Source: Trichosphaerium sp. ATCC 40318 (lineage: Eukaryota > Protista > Tubulinea). Taken from it: a stretch of DNA of 64,000 nucleotides. A program made the translations under genes and the position numbers. This document shows, in pieces, positions 51,818 through 64,000 of the stretch. Location of the stretch: contig JALMLS010000376.1 of assembly GCA_038496445.1 (NCBI GenBank), positions 186,001 through 250,000 of the forward strand, in the 5' to 3' direction. The notes under the pieces were generated by a model. It saw only the letters and a list, made by a program, of their open reading frames with translations. It did not search any database and was not told the DNA's origin. Numbering within the stretch: position 1 is the first letter of the stretch; every line of letters starts with the position of its first letter.

Positions 51818-53529
51818 ATGTTGTTTCAGCGCAGTCTGGTGTATAATCAGGCGGTGCCACGCAGTTTCGTCTCCTCTAGAAAAGAAGTGAAGCGTATTCA
51901 AGTACGCACCTACGGATATGCCTCTACAAAGGCAAAAAACGCTGAAACAGTGCTTAAAAACATAGATGAGGGTAAGGAGTGACAAGCGTAGCAAATTGTG
52001 AGTTTATGGCCTGGTAGCTCTTGGACGTAGTAAACCGCCAGCTTTAGAGTACATATATGTACAATGACCAGTTTAAAGCCATTTATTAAAAATAAGTAGG
52101 TTTATGCTCATGTACGCTTCCGTGTATCTAAGTGGTTCGATTTTACCGAGGTAGAGTTTATTTTTGTAAAGCGGAGGCTTATACTCATAGAACCCTTATG
52201 GTCATGCAGCAGTGAGATATACTCGCACCAAGGAAGGTATTACCGAAACGTCGTTAGATTACATTTTCAGTGACACGATTTTTAGACGGTAGCAAAGAAC
52301 GAATTTGCATGAATATAGTTAACGCTCCAAACCATAAAATGGTGCATTTTATGACACCCACACAGTACCTATTTGGTAAGTAGCCAGAAGGACAATGTTT
52401 AAATTTCTCTTTTTGAACACAATGTTGGTCACGTGGTTTGGTTGTACCGATCAACTTTGAGAAGTTGGTGCTTTTTTAGCGTGTATTGAGGTTAAAAGCT
52501 AACTGAACAACCTATTAGCTGACCCTGTGGATGCCATGAAAATAGGTGCACAACAGGTAAGTTCTATCTTATTAAATAACCTTGACTTACTATTCAAAGG
52601 GAGGAATTTATAACAGAACATTCGTTGGTTTTAGAATAGGTAACGTTTTAAATAATCCCGGTGTTGCTACCTTAACGCTATCTCAGAAGATCTACCAGAT
52701 GAAGAAATAGAAAAAATGCACCAGTTTTTTGTTGATGTGCGCCTGCAACTATTAACTTGATACTTATTACTGCTAAGGTTTCCAAACGCGAAAAATCACG
52801 TACTACTTTATTATTGAGAAAGTTAACGATATTAATGAGTTGAAAGGAAAATCGGGATATGCCATCTTTAGGTTTGACATTCATAATTGGCTTGGTATTT
52901 TTGGAGAAAAAGGTAATGATGTTAAGCATCTTATCTTGTATTGAAATTAGTAGGTAATTGCGCTTACTGGACATCGCATGGATTGGTGAAAGCCGGTGTA
53001 TTAAATAGAGTACGCAAATATCGCTATAGCTCCGCCCAACTAATGATTGCAAAAGGCTACAATATTTCCAAAATGGATCTTTATAAGGCTATTTATAAAT
53101 AGCCTTCTTCACAAAACTTCAGACAATGTTAATGTCGTAAGTTATAAAAGTGATAATAAACTGCAACAGCCAGGTATAGCACAATAAAGTAGGTTCCCTA
53201 AACTCACTAAAATTATAGGATGGTCAGGACTATTTATGACAGGCACATTTGGTTTTTCTTAACATTTTGACATTTGACACATTTTGACACATGACATTTT
53301 GACACTTGACATTTTAGGTGTCAATAGGATTCTCGCTTCAAGACTATCTACACTTCACAAATTAGCTACAATTAAAGTGAAAATTAATAAGGAAACAAAT
53401 GAGGTAAAATACATTCCCAAGGCATTTGTATTAAATCCCACGTGATAGGCTGAAATCGAACAAAAACCGCATCGTGTTAGAAATTGGAAAAAGATACAAG
53501 AATGGTTTAATCGTATTTTACGCAGATAA
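51818..53529 (+). CDS. Uncharacterised permuted papain-like (His...Cys) hydrolase-fold protein, possibly mitochondrial; not represented in the ORF track
   Basis: About 14 exons join in phase: MLFQRSL...KPPALEYIYV...NPYGHAAVRYT...CMNIV...QGGIYNRTFVGFRIEDL...GNCAYWTSHGLVKAGV...FPKWIFIRLF...NVNVVSY...WFNRILRR*. Confidence 0.75.
53243..53317 (+). other. GC-AG intron filled with degenerate ACAT(T)nGAC repeats
   Basis: ACAG|gcacat...attttag|GT extends the ORF by two more in-phase exons; read-through stops at TAA. Confidence 0.65.
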
Positions 53530-53578
53530 AATTTTATTCTTATTTCCCGGATTGTTAGTTTTTAATTCAGTGCCCAAG

Positions 53579-55129
53579 TTATTCAGTCAACAATGTCTTC
53601 AGTTTTGAATAACCCAAATTACCTCCACAAATCACGCAAACTACTTTTTTGCCTTTTATTTTGTCTTTGATCTATTAATTTTATAAGCAATGCGCAGAAA
53701 TTGATATATGTACCTTTGTTAGAGTAGCAAGAGAGCATGCAGCTGCACCTATTGCAAAAAAAAGTTAAACTTTTTTCAGATTCTAAAGAAAAATTTTTTT
53801 TTTACCTTCGATTATTTTGTGCTCGTATTTGATCATTTCAAGCAAAGCTTTTTTAATTTCATCTTCTTCTATCTCTACCCATTCATCTACCAGATTTTGT
53901 GCAATTGGAAATGTCACAGATCCTTTTTTTTAAATTGTTATTGAAGACAAAGAAGAAAACTGTTTGTACCCTCTTCTATACCACCTGCAGTTCCTACAAC
54001 AACTGTAAAAAGGTACTATTGCTAATATCTCACTTACCATCAGATAAAGTAGGTTTAGCATCAACCTCGACAATTTTACCGGCTTTTACAGAAGCGTGCA
54101 TACACGCATCTAAACAGGTTGTGAGAAACGCACTGGAAAACAATCATACCATTTGCTGGTTGAGCGCCAACAATTTTTGTTGCAGGGCTCCAAGATTTGA
54201 TGTACGTCGCAATGCCTTTTAATGTTTACTGGAATCATAATATACTTTACTACTTACCAGCAATTAGACCACCGCCTCCAACAGGTACAATAACATAGTC
54301 AGGTGGCACATCACAGTCCATAAGTATTTCTGAAACAAGAAAATAAGAAGAAAAAAGTAACAATGACACGTACCCAAACCAGCTGTGCCTTGGCCAGCAA
54401 CGACAAGATTATCATTGTAAGGACTATACGCAACATATAATTAGCCAAAATTTTTATGATGGTTTAGTCGTACCTCAGGTAGTGAAGACCATTTTTTGAA
54501 GCGTATTCTCTAGCGTGTAATTCAGATTGCAAGCAATCGGTTCCGTAAAGCTTCAACTCAATATTTTTTGAGTCACCTATGATTGCTTTGATGTTGGCAA
54601 TCTTTGAAGGTGCTGCGTTTTTTGGTAGAACGATTATTCCCTTCTACAACAATGTGTCAAAATTACTTTTTTTGTGTACTAATCGCGTCGTACCGTATCG
54701 CCCGTGCTTTTCAACGCGTATGCGACGCCAGCGCCATGGTTCCCTTGAAAAAACGAGTTTAGTAGAGATGACAAGGATGTCAATAAGGTCATTGTACCTG
54801 TACTGGCAGTAGCAAAGCCGTTACATTTGCCTTTCATCGCTAATACGCAGTTCATTGCGCCTCGCAGTTTAAAACTGTTATGTATTTGTTCTGACTCCAT
54901 TTTTAAATGAACCTGAGCGTTTTAGCGGTGTAAAGACTTAGCGTGTCACCTCAGCGTTTGAAATACTAGAAAAGTGATTGGAGTGAAGTAACGGCGTCTT
55001 TAATACATATCCTCATGTACTTTTAGTCATTTGTGGGGTGCTGTACGTTTTTCGCCAACCTTTAATTCGCTTTGCAGCATCAGCGATATAAACTGTTAAC
55101 TGTTTTTGCGTCAGCGGTGCTGTTGCCAT
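53579..55129 (-). CDS. PLP-dependent serine/threonine dehydratase (serine racemase-like)
   Basis: VLKTPL, LKMESEQIHNSFKLRGA, ASTGNHGAG, SPYND, GQGTAGLEI, VPVGGGGLI, TLSDGTAGG, IIEGAA, VICGGN. Confidence 0.92.
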
Positions 55130-55223
55130 GGTAGATCTAAATGTGACCTTTTCTCATTTGTTAAGCCATCATTCACAACCACAACCATTTACATTTTATT
55201 GAAATACGTTGGTACAATCCCTA

Positions 55224-56542
55224 CTAACCATAAGTGCCTGTTCGCTCAACAACCTCGCGTTCTATCATCTCAAAGCATTTTGACACTTTGAAAAAAAAGT
55301 TAACGGCTATTGGATGGAAAGTTAAACGGTTTTTTCTCTTCATACCATTGGTACCACTTCTCACTGACATTTCCATGTAATAAGCCTTGTTTTCTTTTGC
55401 TAGTGCTTCGCCTTGTTCACGTGACACCTGCCTTGTACTGTTAGGAAGGTCTATCTTATTAGCAACCAATATAACAGTTATATGTCTTTGAGCAACAAGA
55501 CGCTTCATTAGTTTTGTTGTGGCTTCGAAACTCTTTTTGTTTGATACATCAAACATGTGTATATATCCATCAGTGTCTCGTGCATACTTCTCAAAGAGTA
55601 AAGACTATAGAGTGGTGTCAATTAGCAAGAAATTAATCATTAAAAAAAAACCCAACTATGACATACATCCCACCATTTGGCTGAATCAAAATCACGACAG
55701 ATTTCCCAGATGCTATGTTTTGATACATACGACCGTTCATTAAAAGTGAAATCAGTAAGTTTCGTTCGCTAGGTTGAAAGTTTAAATAGAGTGAATAGAG
55801 AAATAAAGGAGTAATACATGTCTGATTAAAATCGTATGAACATAATCTTTCATTGTCTTGCCAGTCACCCACGTGTCTATCATAGCTGTCTTTCCCACTC
55901 CAGTGTAACCTGTTACAACAATCTTTCGTGCGTCCCTTGAACCTAGCCTACATGCATAGATACTTAGTTTTCAACAAGTATATATATTTTAGTACTTACG
56001 CTCCTTCGAGGCGAGAACACCAGGCTTGTATGTTTGGTTCATAGCGTCCTAGCCAAGGTAGTTGTAATACTAACTTAATTCCTTCTATACTCATCCTGCA
56101 TGTCACGTGCTTTGCGTCAACATTGAACCTTAGTTTACGAAGTGGAAAGCTGTGTACTAATGTCTCCTAATAACAAAGTTTTAGCGCTAAGTCACACGAT
56201 ATGTTTTTACCTTTTGTGCTGAGTTGTAAATGTTCATTTGACGCCTTGTGACGGAAACGTAGAATTTGCTGCCAAACATTCTTGAAAGCAACTTTGGAGT
56301 GTAATGTTGTACGAAATATACATTGAAGTAGCCTGAAAGCGTTTCTTGGGTATAGTAGCGCACAGTCTATGTACAATTAAACGGTTTTGATAGTTGACAC
56401 TTACCTTTAGCGCTCTGGCTGTTGTACAGGTATGTAACCACGTTTTACAAACGTACAGGCTTCGTATTAGGTTATGAAGAGATAGCCGCTCCATAATATT
56501 TATAAACAATTCTAGAGGTAAATCTAGTAAAGCACACGCCAT
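55224..56542 (-). CDS. F-box + PH-like + Ras/Rab-like small GTPase fusion protein
   Basis: LLDLPLELFINIMERL (F-box); LSGYF...KFYVSVTRRQMNIY...IQAWCSRLEGA (PH-like); KIVVTGYTGVGKT, MFDVSNKKSF, VANKID, EMSVR (GTPase). Confidence 0.75.
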
Positions 56543-56669
56543 ACTTGTATCCTCTATGTAAAGTTTTCAAATAAGCTGGTCATCTAATTTTCAAATAACA
56601 ACGCTAAGCCATTTAAGGCACCTTCTAAATAGGTCGTACTATCAAGGATATTAATTAAAACGCTGTAAG

Positions 56670-60768
<4,099 letters not shown>

Positions 60769-61013
60769 GTAAGAACCTTTTTTGTTATTACAATAAAAAG
60801 AAAACTGTAATTATATTAAACTCTGTGCTGTACCTGATCTCTCTGTACTCAAAAAGATTACCAATAATGATGACATAAACTCTTATTTTAAAAAAGATTC
60901 ACGCGAGCCTGAAAGAAATAAAGGGTATTTTACTTTGTACAAAAGAAAGAAAGAAAGTCTATTGGTTCTTCTGAAAGATTTCTGATATCTAGCTGTCTAC
61001 GTTATGCTGTGTA

Positions 61014-62315
61014 TTATAGTGTTTGTGTGAGGTCATTTGCCGTTGCAGTATCAGTTGTCGTAATGACACTGTGATCAGGTACTGCATCCATTTCAGTTGC
61101 TTTATTCCCGTCTGATTTTGATTTTGAAGAACGCTTTAGTTTTGGAACATGGAAGCTTGAAATGATTACCACTCCTAGCGCCGCAAGTGTGAGGAACACA
61201 AGTGATAAGAAGAACCTTCCCAACTCGTATGAAACTGGAAAAGCAAGTGGTATTAAGAGAAAAAGAAGAAGCACCATCAAAGCAACTGTAATCGCCATTC
61301 TTATAATTATTCTTCTAGCAACATTAGAATCATTCAACTTTCTTGCTCTATTCAAAAGAATAGCACATGTGTATGTACAATAAGCAATCATGACAACCAT
61401 TGTAGCAACATACGTAGCCGTAGCGATTAAGTTGATCATAGGGAGATACGTCAGACCTGCAAGTATACTGCCGACAATATCCCAAAATATGAGTACCGTG
61501 CTGATAACCCAAAATAGCGGTTGAAGTTTATCAAGAAACTCAGGTACATGAAGTGACTTGTTTAGAAGAGATTCATGCCAATAAAGTATAATCATAAAGT
61601 TTGTTGCAATAGATAATGGTATGCCTATAGTAAGAAGGAACCTTGATAGAGGTGTTGGTATGACATATGCCAATATATCAGTACACAAGAAACCAATCAT
61701 CCTTAAAAAAGCAGCGCTTGTTTCAAAGATAACTGCAGCTTTTGCTAGAGTTGCCTTTGTCCCAAAAAAATGACGTCCTACCCATATAAAGTAAGCAATA
61801 CATGCTCCATTAACAATAACCTGTACTACTGTAAACACTTTTGGCCAAGCAGACTTCAAGTAGTTCCTGTGTCTGCTCTCTTGAGAGTGTATTGTGACAA
61901 ACATTGTGAATGTTTCATCCTCCCTGACATAGTCCGAAAACCCATTTTCAACCATAACGACAGGAATACCTTCACGTGGGTCTCCAAAGCCCCATTCAAA
62001 AACAATCCTTCCAGGTGGACTTATTTCTATTATACCAATCGCCCCTTCTTGTTTTATCCATTGTATGTATTCGTCACGCTTAGCAGGAAAGCGGTTTGTT
62101 ATTACAAGGCGAGAAGTTTTATTTCCGTTCAACCACCATACTGCTTCTGTATTTTCATTGTTCATGCTTACAAACCTTAAACCAGTGCCAAATACCATAC
62201 TTATTGCTTCTGACTCGAACGTCGTTTCGTTGTCAACCTTAAAATACAATTGGGATGCCACGCACGCAAACCAGATCGTAAATATGACCACGTGATGCAG
62301 TGCTACCATTTTCAT
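61014..62315 (-). CDS. Intronless 433-aa membrane protein: signal peptide, PA-like ectodomain, ~7 TM helices
   Basis: Single ORF; EGAIGIIEI...IPVVMV resembles a PA domain; about seven hydrophobic segments from residue ~158; Ser/Thr-rich tail. Confidence 0.8.
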   Translation of the reverse strand: MKMVALHHVVIFTIWFACVASQLYFKVDNETTFESEAISMVFGTGLRFVSMNNENTEAVWWLNGNKTSRLVITNRFPAKRDEYIQWIKQEGAIGIIEISPPGRIVFEWGFGDPREGIPVVMVENGFSDYVREDETFTMFVTIHSQESRHRNYLKSAWPKVFTVVQVIVNGACIAYFIWVGRHFFGTKATLAKAAVIFETSAAFLRMIGFLCTDILAYVIPTPLSRFLLTIGIPLSIATNFMIILYWHESLLNKSLHVPEFLDKLQPLFWVISTVLIFWDIVGSILAGLTYLPMINLIATATYVATMVVMIAYCTYTCAILLNRARKLNDSNVARRIIIRMAITVALMVLLLFLLIPLAFPVSYELGRFFLSLVFLTLAALGVVIISSFHVPKLKRSSKSKSDGNKATEMDAVPDHSVITTTDTATANDLTQTL

Positions 62316-62697
62316 ACGTTATGCAAAAGAAGTCGGATTTTCTAAACAAGCGTTCACGTGGAATAGTCAGAAAGCGCTAGTGACGTCATGTGTAAGGTCC
62401 TCATCACTACAGCAGAGAGTGTTAATACGTTTTTGGCTAGTTGTTTATAGATGCCGCAATGTGTCTTCACCGGTGCAAAAATGAGTCCGCCAGTATTTTT
62501 CAAGCGCACTTTTTATTTCCCCGCTCTTTGTTGGAGTTTTGTGCCCTTAAAAGGAAGTTTTGCTCAAAAATGAGCCCTAAAAGGCAGTTGACATAATTGG
62601 CTGTACCCACATGGAGTTTTCGGCACTAAAAAAAGTGGGTTGGTCACAAAGAAAACTGTCGCATTGTTTGTATTTACACGTGTTTTATTTTATTTTT

Positions 62698-64000
62698 TTA
62701 CGAAAGCTGAGGCCTATTTATCTTCATTTTTACTCTCCCAACTCCATCATCGCTTTGGGGTGACATCATCCTCATTCTTTGTGAACTCTGCCTCGCTAGA
62801 ACGGAGTGTTAGACGAAGGGATAAATGCTTGATTCAGGCGACAACTAACCTTGCTGCAGAGCATCAACTACCCTAGGAGTAATATCACCAAGTGGCCTAA
62901 CATTTGTTGCAACATGGAGATCTATTTCAGGTATACGTTGTTTAATAGTTGCTGCTAGAGACTGATAATCTCCTCTCCACCTAAATGCATGGTTAGCCTA
63001 TGCTGATAGAGCTTTTGGTTCATCTACGTACCAGAAGGGAATAGTAATTAATCTAATACCGAGCTCCTCACATTGATGTGCTTTTTCGGAGTCTCTTAAT
63101 TGGAATAAACCCACTGGAGAGCTGTTTGGGAGCACATCAAAGTAGTGGTGTTCGCCTTGTATTTAAAATTATTGTACCGATAAGAAAGTAAAGGCAGTTG
63201 ATTTGTACCTTGATACTCAAGTGCGAAATTATACTGTGGTACATAAATATCCACAACCAATGTATGGCCTGTAAATCCTCTTACTCCAATGCAATGCTCT
63301 TCTAGTATCTCTATTTTAGGTAATAGATACTTCAACATATCCTTAAGCCATCTACAATACTATTAGGAGCTCAAACAATAGAGAAACCAAAAAAGCTGTC
63401 TCGATAAAAAAAACCGAAAAGATGTAGGCAATACTCACCTTTGAGTTGACTTTTTGTTGGAAGTAAAGAACTTTTTAGGTTCCCATAACACTTCTGGATG
63501 TATAGCAGAAAGGATGCCAGGAAAGTAGTGCAACAAACCAGACCCACCAATCTTCTTTATTTGTGGTTGTGATATTCTATACCTAAATAAAGAAACCATC
63601 CATTTGTTTCGGTTTTTTTTTCACTGCTTTGTTTTAGAATTGTAGCACATACCATTGTTCAGCTGATGTTATACGAAGTGCTTTTTCTGCAAAACGAAGA
63701 AAAGTCTTAACGTTTCTTATATCCTTCCAAAAATACGGCGTTCGGATGGTTTGTATTAGCTTTATCTCAGTAGATTCTTCAGGTATATTTATATGTGGAT
63801 ATATAGACTCTATAGCACGCCCAACTGATCCACGATACCTTGAGAGGTTTGATCAGCTTTGGTTTTAAAACAGGCCCAACAAAAAGTGACAATAATTTCA
63901 GTGAAAACAGTACATACTTGTTTATGATACTTTGAGCACCAAACTTTTCGAAAGATTCCTTCTTTAGTTTCAGCCAGTCGCCTAATACTTTGACACCAGC
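62698..64000 (-). CDS. Helical-repeat protein with a C-terminal PD-(D/E)XK/RAP-like nuclease domain, 3' part
   Basis: Repeats of the type FWKDIRNVKTFL...WYRISQPQIRKIGGSGLL...AIHPE, then VDIYVPQYNFALEYQGEHHY...RDSEKAHQCEELGIRLITIPFWW. Confidence 0.75.

Noticed and set aside
52678-53052. 124-aa minus-strand ORF
   Set aside because: Antisense to the spliced papain-like gene on the plus strand; no motifs.
53085-53106. Perfect 22-bp palindrome AAGGCTATTTATAAATAGCCTT
   Set aside because: Real, but AT-rich, single-copy and inside a coding exon (FIRLFINSL); no evidence of an element.

Overview
Gene-dense, AT-rich eukaryotic genomic DNA, probably from a free-living protist; the gene families suggest an amoebozoan, but I cannot name the species. 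Genes are split by very many short introns (mostly ~35-60 nt; donors typically GTACGT/GTATGT/GTAAGT/GTGCGT), so most ORF-track entries are exon fragments or antisense shadows. Manual splicing gives about 26 genes: Dicer-like (5' part), GH26 glycanase, a divergent Prp18, a TM-Clu-TPR protein, CHID1, a rhomboid-like pseudoprotease, an Arf-like pseudoGTPase, a PH protein, an F-box/PP2 protein, SLX1, ELP3, two orphans (one frameshifted), GH5 endoglucanase, LRR-PP2C, a membrane-anchored S1 protease, a STE20/PAK-like kinase, an unconventional myosin, TAF1, an RCC1-repeat protein, a permuted papain-like protein absent from the ORF track, Ser/Thr dehydratase, an F-box-PH-Ras fusion, MCM2, an intronless 7TM protein and a repeat + PD-(D/E)XK-like protein (3' part). 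I recognised no rRNA, tRNA, CRISPR array or transposon. The most notable signals are a strong window-wide excess of the palindrome CACGTG, at least nine frame-required GC-AG introns together with relaxed acceptors and a Prp18 with a rewritten conserved loop, and several unusual domain architectures or pseudoenzymes. All gene models are hand-spliced, and all family assignments come from motif recognition rather than database searches.
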